64,000 nt of DNA from Ignavibacteriales bacterium (GTDB lineage: Bacteria > Bacteroidota > Ignavibacteria > Ignavibacteriales > Melioribacteraceae). Below, piece after piece: positions 1-9,836 of the stretch. Location: positions 3,104-67,103 of the forward strand of contig DAIEQA010000109.1 in the NCBI GenBank assembly GCA_027348115.1, written 5' to 3'. A program made the translations under genes and the position numbers. The notes under the pieces are model-generated. The model searched no databases. It saw only the letters and a list, made by a program, of their open reading frames with translations, and was not told the DNA's origin. Position 1 is the stretch's first letter; each line of letters begins with the position of its first letter.

Positions 1-1496
1 CCGATTATGTTTCTGTAGATCTTAATTCTGTTCCCGATTCCGATGTGAAAGTTTCCGATGAGGAAATTAAAAAATATTACGACGACCACCCGGAAGATTA
101 CCACGTTGACGCCCAGAGGAAACTGAAATTTGTTCTCTTCAGAAGACAACCTTCTCATGACGATACGCTGTCTATAAAGAAAAATCTTGATGACCTGGTT
201 GCTAAAATGAAAAACGATACGGCTTCATTTAAAAGTTACGTGAATATTTATTCCGAAGTTCCTTATAGACGGGATACAATTTCAATTGTAAGACTGCCGG
301 AGAATGTTAAAAATATTTTAAGCAACGCCAAAGTTGGAGATGTAATTGGTCCGGTTCTAACTTTCCAGGGTTTTGTTGTTTACAAACTGGTTGATAGAGT
401 CACTTCCAAAAATACAATGGTAAGAGCTTCGCATATTCTCGTTAAATCCACAGGAGACGATAAAGCAGACTACAAGAAAGCTATGGATATCTATAACGAG
501 TTGATGAAAGGCGCCAATTTTGAAAACGAAGCCAGAATGAAGTCCGATGACGGCACTAAGAATAACGGCGGCGATTTGGGATGGTTTGGTAAAGGACAAA
601 TGGTTAAGCCCTTTGAAGAAGCTTGTTTTAACGGTAAGATCGGAGTAATACAAAAACCAATTAAAACTCAATTTGGATATCACATAATCAAAGTAACCGG
701 AAAATCGAATACCGATTACGTTGTTGAACAAATTGTTAACCGAATACAAGTTTCCGGAAGCACTGCCGATAAAATTTACCAGGACGCCCAGGATTTCTCC
801 TACATAGCTAAGAAAGACGGATTTGAATCCGAAGCTAAACTGATGAAATACGACATTGGCGAAACTCCTGGATATGCAAAAGACGCTACAGCTATTCCAA
901 GTTTGGGTTCCAACTCTGCCTTGGTTAAATGGTCGTTCGACGAAAGCACCGGTTCGATTAGCGACGTATTCAAAGTGCCTGCCGGGTATATTGTTGCCAT
1001 GATCTCCGATGCTTCAAAAGCCGGAGTAGAGAAATTTGACGTGGTAAAATCTCAGGTTAAAAACACTTTGCTTAGAAAAAAGAAATTGGATAAAGCGATG
1101 TCGTTGATTGCTGATATTCGTTCGAAGATCGGCGATAACGGCGATCCTTCCGCTGTGGCAAAAACGGTTTGGAATGCGGCGAGAGTAGATACCACTTCGG
1201 AATTTACTGTTAATGGAAATGTCCCCCGCCTTGGCCGTGAATTTGCATTTACAGATTATGCGTATAAAGCTGATTTGAATAAATGGTCGCAGCCTGTAAA
1301 GGGTAGAATTGGCGCTTATCTTATTAAGGTTACCTACAGAACTCAGTTTAATAATCAAACCTACGATTTTCAGAAAGCCGAGTTGAAGAAACAAATACTG
1401 TCTTCCAAAAAGAGCCGGTATTTTATGCAATGGGTTCAGGACTTAAAGAAAGAAGCCGATATTGTTGATAACAGATATCTCTTCTACCGGTACTAA
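1..1496 (+). CDS. Parvulin-type peptidyl-prolyl cis-trans isomerase, PpiD/SurA-like periplasmic chaperone (5' partial)
   Basis: ORF 45..1496. The same frame stays open back to nt 3, so the N-terminus lies outside the window. Rotamase signature ASHILVK ... GGDLGWFGKGQMVKPFEEACF ... GYHIIKV. Confidence 0.8.
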   Translation, partial: DYVSVDLNSVPDSDVKVSDEEIKKYYDDHPEDYHVDAQRKLKFVLFRRQPSHDDTLSIKKNLDDLVAKMKNDTASFKSYVNIYSEVPYRRDTISIVRLPENVKNILSNAKVGDVIGPVLTFQGFVVYKLVDRVTSKNTMVRASHILVKSTGDDKADYKKAMDIYNELMKGANFENEARMKSDDGTKNNGGDLGWFGKGQMVKPFEEACFNGKIGVIQKPIKTQFGYHIIKVTGKSNTDYVVEQIVNRIQVSGSTADKIYQDAQDFSYIAKKDGFESEAKLMKYDIGETPGYAKDATAIPSLGSNSALVKWSFDESTGSISDVFKVPAGYIVAMISDASKAGVEKFDVVKSQVKNTLLRKKKLDKAMSLIADIRSKIGDNGDPSAVAKTVWNAARVDTTSEFTVNGNVPRLGREFAFTDYAYKADLNKWSQPVKGRIGAYLIKVTYRTQFNNQTYDFQKAELKKQILSSKKSRYFMQWVQDLKKEADIVDNRYLFYRY

Positions 1497-1500
1497 AATT

Positions 1501-1531
1501 AAAAAGCCGTTCTTAAGAGAACGGCTTTTTT
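1501..1531 (+). terminator. Rho-independent terminator after the PPIase gene
   Basis: 8-bp stem GCCGTTCT/AGAACGGC (1506-1513 / 1518-1525) with a 4-nt loop, flanked by A5 and T6. Confidence 0.75.
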
Positions 1532-1683
1532 ATGTCAATTCCTTTTTAATCCAGTCAATTAATGCTTCGCCTGTTTTAACGGCGCCACTATAAAGTCGGC
1601 GGCGAATAACATCAAACAAATTTTTCCAATATCAATCATGATTTTATATATTGAGTTGCGGATGTTTTAAAATTCATTCTTCT

Positions 1684-2235
1684 ATGAGCTTAAAGAGAAT
1701 CTACATAACCGGATTTATGACAAGCGGTAAAAGCACGGTTGGGCCAATACTTGCCAACGTGCTCGGGTTTGAATTTATAGACCTTGATAAGGAAATCGAA
1801 TCCCAGGAAAATCTTTCGATAGTAGAAATATTTGAAAAAAAAGGGGAAGCGTATTTTCGCGAGCTCGAGACGCATGTGCTCACAAGATTTTCGCAAAAAG
1901 ACGATCTTGTTATTTCTCTTGGCGGCGGAACAATCACTAACGATACAAACTTTGCAATCATTCGAAAAACAGGAAAAATAATTTATCTTAAAGTGGCTCC
2001 AAACGTGCTGTATAAAAGATTGAAAAATAAAATAGACCGCCCGCTGATACGCGACATGGTTTTGAACGGAAACTCCGAAAAAGACTTTGTGGAAAAGATA
2101 GAAGAACTGCTTCAAAAGAGAAGTAAGTATTACGAACGGGCAGATCTTATAATTGAATCCGATATGCAGCCGCTGGGCGTAACAATAGATAAAATTGCAA
2201 AAAAAATTTCGGTGCTCTTCGATGAAAAAAATTGA
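1684..2235 (+). CDS. aroK: Shikimate kinase
   Basis: P-loop GFMTSGKST and overall shikimate-kinase layout. ATG 1684 (MSLKRIYITG) is preferred over TTG 1651. The 3' end overlaps aroB by 14 nt. Confidence 0.9.
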   Translation: MSLKRIYITGFMTSGKSTVGPILANVLGFEFIDLDKEIESQENLSIVEIFEKKGEAYFRELETHVLTRFSQKDDLVISLGGGTITNDTNFAIIRKTGKIIYLKVAPNVLYKRLKNKIDRPLIRDMVLNGNSEKDFVEKIEELLQKRSKYYERADLIIESDMQPLGVTIDKIAKKISVLFDEKN

Positions 2236-3316
2236 GATTAAAATTCCCGGTAAAACATATCCCATTTTTCTCGGCGACGGGATAACAAATTCTTTCCGCC
2301 GTGTTATTAAATCCGGCAATTTTTGTAAGAATTTCTTTTTTGTGGTTGATAGTAATGTGTTTGAGTATCACGGCGAAAAAATAAATAGTTTAATTTCCGC
2401 CGGCGGCGGCAAGTCATTTGTTCATGTCTTTGAATCAAACGAAAGGAATAAGAGCTTCGACGGCGCGCAAAAAATTTATTCCGATCTTATTAGTCATGGC
2501 TTTGCAAGAGATACCCTTGTAGTTGCCGTTGGCGGAGGTATAACTGGAGATATAACGGGATTTGTCGCATCCACCTTTATGAGGGGTGTTCAGTTTGTTC
2601 AGATTCCTACAACATTACTTTCTGCGGTTGATAGTTCCGTAGGCGGAAAGACGGGAATTAATTTCGAGCACACAAAAAATATTATCGGCACATTTTTTCA
2701 GCCGGAGTTTGTTTTTATCGATACGGAATTTTTAAATACGCTTCCAAAGGACGAATTAGTTTGCGGCATCGGAGAAATTTTGAAATATGCTTTTCTTTCC
2801 AATGATGAATTGTTCGATGCGTTAAATAATAATCTCGATAAACTTCTGCTTCTGAAGCCGGCATTCACGAAAAAGATTATTGAAACATGCATTCGTTTTA
2901 AAGGAGACGTAGTTGCCAAAGATGAGAAAGAAAGCGGCTTGCGCAAAATTTTAAACTTTGGCCATACATTTGCCCATGCTTTCGAGGTGGAACAAAATTA
3001 TTTATTGAAACACGGACAGGCGGTTACAGTAGGCATAATGTGCGCCCTGGAATTGTCCAGGGGTTTGGAGCTAATCAGCGATAAACAGTTTGCCCGGTTT
3101 GCGAGTCTTCCGATGAAGTTGAAAGATAAAATAGTTGTCCGGAATTTCAACGCCGATGATATTTATGAAATAATGAAGCGTGATAAAAAGGGAACATCCG
3201 ATAAAATAAAATTTGTTCTGCTGAACAAATTGGGCAGGCTGCTTTTGGACGTTACGGCTGAAAAAGCGGCGGTTAAAGCGGCAATAGAAAAAGGCGCCGG
3301 TTATTTTGTAAAATAA
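2222..3316 (+). CDS. aroB: 3-dehydroquinate synthase
   Basis: GGGITGDITGFVASTFMRGVQFVQIPTTLLSAVDSSVGGKTGIN is the classic DHQ synthase nucleotide/metal region. ATG 2222 (MKKIEIKIPG) lies inside the longer ORF 2195..3316. Confidence 0.92.
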   Translation: MKKIEIKIPGKTYPIFLGDGITNSFRRVIKSGNFCKNFFFVVDSNVFEYHGEKINSLISAGGGKSFVHVFESNERNKSFDGAQKIYSDLISHGFARDTLVVAVGGGITGDITGFVASTFMRGVQFVQIPTTLLSAVDSSVGGKTGINFEHTKNIIGTFFQPEFVFIDTEFLNTLPKDELVCGIGEILKYAFLSNDELFDALNNNLDKLLLLKPAFTKKIIETCIRFKGDVVAKDEKESGLRKILNFGHTFAHAFEVEQNYLLKHGQAVTVGIMCALELSRGLELISDKQFARFASLPMKLKDKIVVRNFNADDIYEIMKRDKKGTSDKIKFVLLNKLGRLLLDVTAEKAAVKAAIEKGAGYFVK

Positions 3317-3331
3317 TTCCAAAGAATTTTC

Positions 3332-5056
3332 GTGAGAAATTTATTCCTTATACTTTTTGTCAGTGCAACCCTCTTTAATATTTCTGCCCGCGCCCAATTC
3401 GAAAGAGAAACACGCGCCGTGTGGTTGGCTACAAACTTCAGACTCGATTGGCCGCCTAATACGTTCGACGCCGAAAAACAAAAGCAGGACCTTATACAAA
3501 TTTTCGATAACATTAAATCCAAAAATTTAAATACGGTTTACTTCCAGGCGGAAAGCAACGGCACCGCAATGTTTCGTTCCTCTTACGAACCGTTATCTCC
3601 CTACATTACCGGGGAAGTGAACGGGAAGGCATCGTATGATCCTCTTGAATTTGCAATAGCACAGGCTCACAAACGCGGACTGGAGATTCATGCATGGGTA
3701 AATGTATTCAAATGTTTTAACGGCAGCGAAACTTATATACTCAATAATCCCGATCATATCGCGAAGAAAAAACCGGAGTGGGTAATTGAAGAAACTGAGA
3801 ACGGACAAAAATCCTATTGGCTGGATCCAGGTCTGCCCGAAGTAAGAGAATATGTTTCCGATTTAATTGCCGAGATGGTTGAAAAATATAATCTCGACGG
3901 CGTGCAGTTGGATTACATTCGTTACCCGGGTAAGAACTTTGACGACGATTTTTCTTACGGCATCTACGGCAAGAATTTAAACCGTGATGAATGGCGAAGA
4001 CAAAATATTACCGGCACCGTCGAACTGATCTACAAAAAAATTAAAGCTGAAAGAAGTTTTGTAAAAGTAGGCGCGGCGCCAATCGGAATTTACAAAAACA
4101 TAAACGGCGCAAACGGTTGGCAAGGGTATTCGGAAATTTACCAGGACTCGCGTGAATGGCTTAAACTTGGAATTATAGATTATCTTGCGCCTCAAATTTA
4201 TTGGGGAATTGGCGACAAGCCCCGCTTTGACGTATTGGCAAAAGACTGGGCTCAAAATTCTTTTGGAAGAAATATTGTTATTGGAATGGGAGCTTACAAA
4301 GAAAATGTTAGGAACGATCTAAACCGCATGATTGAATACGTAAGAGCAATTAATGCCGCCGGGGTTGCGTTTTTCCGCTATTCGAATATAAAGGATTATA
4401 ACTTCCAGGTCTTTCCGTATAAAACTTTTCCCTCATCGATGGCCTGGCTGGAAAAAGACGGCAGTAAATTTCTTCCTCTTTCTCCAGAGAATTTCAAATT
4501 TCAAAAAACCGGCGATGATAAAAATATCTTCATTCTAACTTGGGATTCCGTAAAAGCAAAATCTTCTCTGGACTCGGCAAGATATTTTGCGCTTTACAGT
4601 CTTCCGGATTCAAACGCCAAACCGCGAGCGCATTATCTTTTCGATCTAATCCCGGCAAATCAAACTTCGCTCACAATTGCAATTGATAAGCCGAAGCGGA
4701 TTAATTATTACTTCTCTCTGAAATCCGTGAATAAACTTTGGGATGAAAGCAGAAACCCATCCAATTCAATCGAAATAAAATTTACTGGATTGAACCGATT
4801 GGCAGAGGATGGCGATATCTTAAGTAAACCGGTATTGATTAAAGATTCCGAAAGCTCGGCGAGATTGTTTATCTGCGCAAATGCGGAAGAAAATATTGAA
4901 ATAAGCGGAGGGACCGGTGTAGCCCTCGAAACAACTGTTACGGAAAATTTATTACCCGGGAAAAATATTGTAACTCTTAGCAGCAGCTTACTTAGTTGCA
5001 AAATTCTGAAGATAGTTTTTAAATCTTCGGGAAAAGTAACCGAGCTAAAACTTTAG
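3332..5056 (+). CDS. Glycoside-hydrolase-like family 10 (GHL10/DUF187, YngK-like) secreted protein
   Basis: GTG start and a signal peptide. RAVWLATNFRLDWPP and GLEIHAWVNVF motifs are typical of DUF187 TIM-barrel proteins. The C-terminal ~80 aa could be a sorting/beta-sandwich domain. Confidence 0.7.
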   Translation: MRNLFLILFVSATLFNISARAQFERETRAVWLATNFRLDWPPNTFDAEKQKQDLIQIFDNIKSKNLNTVYFQAESNGTAMFRSSYEPLSPYITGEVNGKASYDPLEFAIAQAHKRGLEIHAWVNVFKCFNGSETYILNNPDHIAKKKPEWVIEETENGQKSYWLDPGLPEVREYVSDLIAEMVEKYNLDGVQLDYIRYPGKNFDDDFSYGIYGKNLNRDEWRRQNITGTVELIYKKIKAERSFVKVGAAPIGIYKNINGANGWQGYSEIYQDSREWLKLGIIDYLAPQIYWGIGDKPRFDVLAKDWAQNSFGRNIVIGMGAYKENVRNDLNRMIEYVRAINAAGVAFFRYSNIKDYNFQVFPYKTFPSSMAWLEKDGSKFLPLSPENFKFQKTGDDKNIFILTWDSVKAKSSLDSARYFALYSLPDSNAKPRAHYLFDLIPANQTSLTIAIDKPKRINYYFSLKSVNKLWDESRNPSNSIEIKFTGLNRLAEDGDILSKPVLIKDSESSARLFICANAEENIEISGGTGVALETTVTENLLPGKNIVTLSSSLLSCKILKIVFKSSGKVTELKL

Positions 5057-5905
5057 TTATTCAAGATATTTTGCGAACCAATCTTTTCTCATCCGGTCAA
5101 CTTCTTTACGGTGCGATTTTAAGAAGTGATCCCCGCCTTCAAGCAAAACCAATTTATGTTCGCGGTTTAATTTCGTTAATTTAACCGAAAGATTTTGCGA
5201 ATCGGAAACCGGGACCCTATCATCGTTTGTGCCGTGAAGAAGTAATATCGGCGTGGCGCGGCAAAGTTTTTCCGGGAAGTTTATAATTGAGCGCGAATAG
5301 CACATTGATTTTATTTGTTCATTTGAATGAAAGAGATTTGTTTTTTTAAGAACATCCCTAAACTCGCTTGTTTTTTCCGCGCAGTGAAGATCGGCAATTC
5401 CTCCGCTTACAATTGCGGCTTTAAATATATTTATTTTGGTTAGTGCAAGGTAAGTCATCATTCCGCCGCGGCTCCATCCTTCAATTCCCCAAATATTATT
5501 ATCGGCAAACTCAAATTCTTCGGCAAGAGGAATCAAATTAAGTATATCGTTTACGTCTTCGCCGCCGAATTCGTCCTTGCCTTGGCTTCCGGCGTTTCCT
5601 CGGTACTGCGAAGCTAACACAACATAGCCCCAACTCGCTATTTGTCCTAATATGCCGCGCGCGTTGAATTCATCAATCGATCCGTTTTCGCCGTAGCCGC
5701 CTCTATTCCATAACACACACGGATATTTTTTAGTCCGGTCGATGGGATAAGACACATAACCGTTTATTTTAAGTTCGTCCGAGAGATAAGTAATTTTTTC
5801 GGTTATTGTATTTTCAACAACGGCAGGGCCCCATCCGCTCGAGATCATTTTAAGATGCATGGAACTTAAACTTATTTCTTTTCGTAAAACGATAGGCGCT
5901 TTCAT
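5057..5905 (-). CDS. Alpha/beta hydrolase, S9 prolyl-oligopeptidase / dienelactone-hydrolase family
   Basis: Nucleophile elbow GWSRGG, later GTNDDRV (Asp) and GGDHF (His). Its stop codon abuts the stop of the convergent gene with zero spacer. Confidence 0.75.
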   Translation of the reverse strand: MKAPIVLRKEISLSSMHLKMISSGWGPAVVENTITEKITYLSDELKINGYVSYPIDRTKKYPCVLWNRGGYGENGSIDEFNARGILGQIASWGYVVLASQYRGNAGSQGKDEFGGEDVNDILNLIPLAEEFEFADNNIWGIEGWSRGGMMTYLALTKINIFKAAIVSGGIADLHCAEKTSEFRDVLKKTNLFHSNEQIKSMCYSRSIINFPEKLCRATPILLLHGTNDDRVPVSDSQNLSVKLTKLNREHKLVLLEGGDHFLKSHRKEVDRMRKDWFAKYLE

Positions 5906-6004
5906 GTTTTCAAAGATTATTTATTAAATTTGCCTTGAGGCCTTAACCAATTCAATATTTATAAAACGTAAAAAAATTACAAACTAATTTACAGATAAAC
6001 ATCC

Positions 6005-6574
6005 ATGTCGAAAAACAAAGTTCAGTTATCGAAGAATCAAAAAAGAAAAAATCTTTTTATACAGACGGGAGCCGCAGTTGTTGTGCTGGCCTTAGCCGCA
6101 TATTTAATCCTTCCGAATTTATTATCAAAGAAAGAGGAAACTTCCAACAATGCTCTGGATCAGGCAATGAACAATAAGACGGTTTATTCTTTTACAAAGC
6201 AAGGCGAATTAACTTTTAGCGATGCCAAGGGAAATTTTATAACAAACATTGATATCGAAATTGCCGATACCCCGGAGAAACGGGAAACAGGTTTAATGTT
6301 CCGCGATAAGATGGAGCAGAATCAGGGAATGTTATTTTTGTTTTCAACCGAGGAACCGCAAGCATTTTGGATGCACAATACCGTTCTTCCTTTGGATATT
6401 ATTTACGTTAATTCGAAAATGGAAGTTGTTCACATAGCTAAAAACGCAAAGCCCTACGACGATACTTCTCTTCCTTCCGTTAAGCCGGCGCAGTATGTTG
6501 TGGAAGTTAACGCCGGATTCTCCGATAAGTACGGGATTAAAAACGGAGATAAGATTGTTTGGAGAACGGAGTAA
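6005..6574 (+). CDS. DUF192 family protein (membrane anchored)
   Basis: N-terminal TM segment, then GLMFR ... GMLFLF ... FWMHNTVLPLDIIYV, characteristic of DUF192/COG1430. Confidence 0.7.
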   Translation: MSKNKVQLSKNQKRKNLFIQTGAAVVVLALAAYLILPNLLSKKEETSNNALDQAMNNKTVYSFTKQGELTFSDAKGNFITNIDIEIADTPEKRETGLMFRDKMEQNQGMLFLFSTEEPQAFWMHNTVLPLDIIYVNSKMEVVHIAKNAKPYDDTSLPSVKPAQYVVEVNAGFSDKYGIKNGDKIVWRTE

Positions 6575-6684
6575 CGTTACGTAAGAAGGGAGACGTTAGA
6601 CGGAAGAAAAAACATTTGCGTATAACATTAGCAATAAATATTCTCTTCTTAAAACAAGAGTTTAAATAAAATATTTCTCGAAAA

Positions 6685-7056
6685 TTATTTTTTATTGAGC
6701 AATTCTTTTTTTACCTCAATAATTTTTTGCGCAAAGGTTGAAAGTTTATCGTAAGGAATATCCCCGCTAAGATTTTGTAGATTGAATTCGAGCACCGAGC
6801 CGGTAAGTAATTTTGTAAGGGGCTGGGTTTCATCTGCGATAGTGTTCTTTGGGGGCGTCCATTCCATTAAATCATTTGGAGTGCAGCGGAATAGAAGGCA
6901 AAGTTTTTCCAAATTTCCCATTGAGATTTCCTTAAAATCCCCGCGGGCCCATCTGCTTGCCGAAGTTTTTTTGAAACCGTTTCTAATAAAAAATCCTACC
7001 GGAGTGCTGGAAATACCGCGCTGGCTAAGCATTCGATTTAAATTGTACTTAAGCAT
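6685..7056 (-). CDS. XRE/Cro-CI family helix-turn-helix transcriptional regulator
   Basis: N-terminal LNRMLSQRGIS ... ASRWARGD ... LEKLCLLFRCTPNDLMEW matches the HTH_XRE pattern. Confidence 0.65.
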   Translation of the reverse strand: MLKYNLNRMLSQRGISSTPVGFFIRNGFKKTSASRWARGDFKEISMGNLEKLCLLFRCTPNDLMEWTPPKNTIADETQPLTKLLTGSVLEFNLQNLSGDIPYDKLSTFAQKIIEVKKELLNKK

Positions 7057-7149
7057 GTCTTACCTCGTTTATTTGGTGATACTTTTTATTTCTCAGCAAG
7101 CTTGCGGAATAATGAGGAAGATTTTGACAATAAAAATCTTGTTTACAAA

Positions 7150-7495
7150 TGAATAATAGGCAAAAAAATTCTAAAAGAATACCCGTAAGAAGAACCTGAC
7201 GGTACAATATAAAGGCATAATGGATTATAATAAAAGTATAAAGCTGTAAAAGAAAGGTATGCAGAAAAATTAGAAAGATATTCTGCTTGTTAAGAACGGG
7301 ATACTAATTGATGAAAAAGGAATAACGGTTGCTTATAAAGATATTTTGGAAATTTATAAAGGAATATTTATTCATTAGAAAGGAATATCTGAGCTTTGTA
7401 AACAAGTAAAAGTTAAAAAAAACGATATAAACAGAAGAAAAAATGATATTCCCTTAAGATACAATGTTATTCATTCAAATTAGAAAGGGAAACCA
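7150..7495. repeat. Loose ~21-bp-phased A-rich unit array (possible relative of the 35.5-kb array)
   Basis: No credible ORF in 7057-7573. Units of 19-24 nt end in AAAGG/AAAAG/AAGAA. TTAGAAAG recurs at 7270, 7375 and 7480, which is exact 105-bp steps. Confidence 0.4.
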
Positions 7496-7573
7496 ACCAT
7501 GCTGAATCGCAAAAGTGCAGTATTGCGGAAGGCAGTTGTGCTTTATCGGAATTCGTTTCACCTCATGACAAGT

Positions 7574-9823
7574 TTATTTGAGCAGAAGAAATTTCTTTGT
7601 CTGGCTGAATGATCCGCTTTGCAATCTGTAAAAGTAAACACCGCTAGTTAATTTGCTTCCGTCAAATGTAACCTGGTAATTACCGGGGGATTTTTGTTCG
7701 TTGACGAGAGTTGCGATTTCTCGACCGAGTACGTCGTAAACTTTAAGTGTAACCGACCTCACCCTTTGTCCCTCTCCTTGCGAAGGAGAGGGAATTGAAA
7801 ATTGTATTGTTGTTGTTGGGTTGAATGGGTTGGGGTAGTTTTGAGATAAATCTATGTGATTTGTTAAAGATGAATTACTTCCATTTTTAACCGAAGTAAT
7901 TAAATCATTCTTTAAAATGGTAAATCCGTAAGAACCTTGAGATAGAAAAATTAAATTACCTTCAACGGTCAAATTAATAGCAATAGCTTTTCCCAAAGTG
8001 TAGCAACCCGTTTCAAAAGCATTAACCGGATTAGTAATATCAAAGACTACTAAACCTCGTGTATCATCCAAAACATACAAATAATTACCATCCCGTAAAA
8101 TTTTTCGGACATAAGTTGAATGATTGTTAAAAGTAGAAATATTCGAGTAATCATTCTTGTTCAGCATACTAATGCCGCTCTTGCCCTGTGCAATAAAAAT
8201 AACCGAATCTTTTACGGTAATGTCCTCCACCGAACCAATTTGATTAACATTTTTTATTAACTCTGGCAAATTGGGATTAGTAATATCATATACATAAAAT
8301 CCCATTGTATCAGCTGCAAGAAAACATAATGAATCGTCAACAAGAATGCCGACACCCGATTTTTCAAAAGAATCATTATAAATTAATTTAGGATTAGTTG
8401 AATCCGAAATATCACATATCCAAAGTCCGTGAAATCTTGCCGCGATATAGGCATATTTGTCTTTCACTATAACTTTATTCCCCTCTACTTCATGAAACAA
8501 ACCTAATTCAATAAAATTATTTGCATCTGAAATATCAACTATTTGCAGACCGCATCCAGAACTCGGTGTGCTTGTAAGATATGCCAGATTATTTTTTATA
8601 AAAACAGATGTACTGTAAACATTGGGATAAGTTTGTACAAATTGTTTAGTGGTTCTTACGATATTATTTGGGTCGCTGTAATCAAAGCAATTTAGTCTGC
8701 TGCTTCCACATGAGGCATAAATTGTATTATTTGAAATAGAAATATCATTTATCGTATCCAATGTTTTGTAGGATGTTATTCCCTCCGGGTTATTCATATT
8801 TTTTAACGAATAAACAGATAATCCGTTACCGCCTCTAGAGAGGAATAAGTAATCTTTATACATGGCAACCGAATAACCATCGCTAGCGTAGATGTTAATC
8901 GTATTATACACATTTCCATCAATTGGATTTTTAGGAGTTGATGGATTCGAAATATCGTAAATCAACACGCCATCAGGGCCGTCATTGATATAGGAAAGAA
9001 CTAAAAGGGTATCTTTAATATATATATCTCTTGCTCTTGAGACCCAATCACCGGGGATATAAGCAGAAAAAGTTATTTTAGCAGATTTAGGTTCCGAGAT
9101 GTCAAGTACAAATAATTTACTGAGCCTCCAACTGAAAAAGCTATCATTATTTATGGTGCCAATATATGCATAGTTGTTCTTAATTTTGATAGTAACAGGA
9201 ACCTGATGATTTTCTAAAAAATTTGTTGACAACAAAGTTGGATTACTTTTTTGCTTCACATTTACTACCAATATGCCCCCGTTATCTCCGCATAAATAAG
9301 CAAGTGAATCGGAAACAAACAAATCGTTGAAATTAATAGGATTATCTAAATTAAAATTGGAAAGAGTTATTGGATAATTCAAATTTGATATGTCTATAAT
9401 ACTAAGACCGGCATCATCAGATATCACATAAGCTGTATTCTGCTGAATAAAAACTGCTTGTGTATTTCCATTTGACGGAATAAAGCTCTTTTGGAAAGGA
9501 GAAGTTGTATTGGAAAAATCTATTATGTACAATCCGCCAGTAGTTGCCGCGAATAACGTATTATCAGCCTGTACCAAATGGTTAATTAAGTAATCTCCGT
9601 GAAAGGTTGAAATTTTGTTAAGTGTATTATTACTAAAAAGAGTTATGTCTATGCTTGTTCCATTCCCAATAAAAATGATTGAATCTTTTGTCGCCACAGC
9701 ATAACTAGGTCCTTCTGAGTACTTACCGATGAACGACAAATTCTTTGAATCTTGTGCTGTTGCGGGTCTTATTAATATGAAAGTGATGAATAAGAATATT
9801 AATAACATTATGAATCGTTTCAT
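7574..9823 (-). CDS. LVIVD-repeat beta-propeller protein with T9SS C-terminal sorting domain
   Basis: Signal peptide and repeated GLSIIDISN / VLIYDISN / GLQIVDISD / GLVVFDITN (LVIVD repeat). The C-terminus [17 protein letters not shown] ... VYFYRL ... KKFLLLK is a Por_Secre_tail. Confidence 0.85.
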   Translation of the reverse strand: MKRFIMLLIFLFITFILIRPATAQDSKNLSFIGKYSEGPSYAVATKDSIIFIGNGTSIDITLFSNNTLNKISTFHGDYLINHLVQADNTLFAATTGGLYIIDFSNTTSPFQKSFIPSNGNTQAVFIQQNTAYVISDDAGLSIIDISNLNYPITLSNFNLDNPINFNDLFVSDSLAYLCGDNGGILVVNVKQKSNPTLLSTNFLENHQVPVTIKIKNNYAYIGTINNDSFFSWRLSKLFVLDISEPKSAKITFSAYIPGDWVSRARDIYIKDTLLVLSYINDGPDGVLIYDISNPSTPKNPIDGNVYNTINIYASDGYSVAMYKDYLFLSRGGNGLSVYSLKNMNNPEGITSYKTLDTINDISISNNTIYASCGSSRLNCFDYSDPNNIVRTTKQFVQTYPNVYSTSVFIKNNLAYLTSTPSSGCGLQIVDISDANNFIELGLFHEVEGNKVIVKDKYAYIAARFHGLWICDISDSTNPKLIYNDSFEKSGVGILVDDSLCFLAADTMGFYVYDITNPNLPELIKNVNQIGSVEDITVKDSVIFIAQGKSGISMLNKNDYSNISTFNNHSTYVRKILRDGNYLYVLDDTRGLVVFDITNPVNAFETGCYTLGKAIAINLTVEGNLIFLSQGSYGFTILKNDLITSVKNGSNSSLTNHIDLSQNYPNPFNPTTTIQFSIPSPSQGEGQRVRSVTLKVYDVLGREIATLVNEQKSPGNYQVTFDGSKLTSGVYFYRLQSGSFSQTKKFLLLK
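7770..7792. repeat. Perfect palindrome CCCTCTCCTT-GCG-AAGGAGAGGG inside the T9SS sorting-domain coding sequence
   Basis: 10-bp stem with a 3-nt loop, read in frame as part of PSPSQGEGQ. An identical copy lies at 10033-10055. Confidence 0.85.
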
Positions 9824-9836
9824 ATAATTGCTCCCA

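Noticed and set aside
1532-1650. A minus-strand reading ...LFDVIRRRLYSGAVKTGEALIDWIKKELT-stop ending at the terminator, which could be a gene remnant or tiny ORF.
   Set aside because: Only about 29 codons are open, with stops just upstream and no ATG or RBS. There is not enough evidence to call a gene or pseudogene.
6782-7156. A 124-aa plus-strand ORF overlapping the XRE regulator gene.
   Set aside because: It lies antisense to a gene with a clear HTH signature. It has no motif, no RBS and an odd composition.
7499-7612. A 37-aa plus-strand ORF (MLNRKSAVLRKAVVLYRNSF...) preceded by a purine-rich stretch.
   Set aside because: It overlaps the 3' end of the LVIVD/T9SS gene on the other strand, has no recognisable features, and is probably chance.
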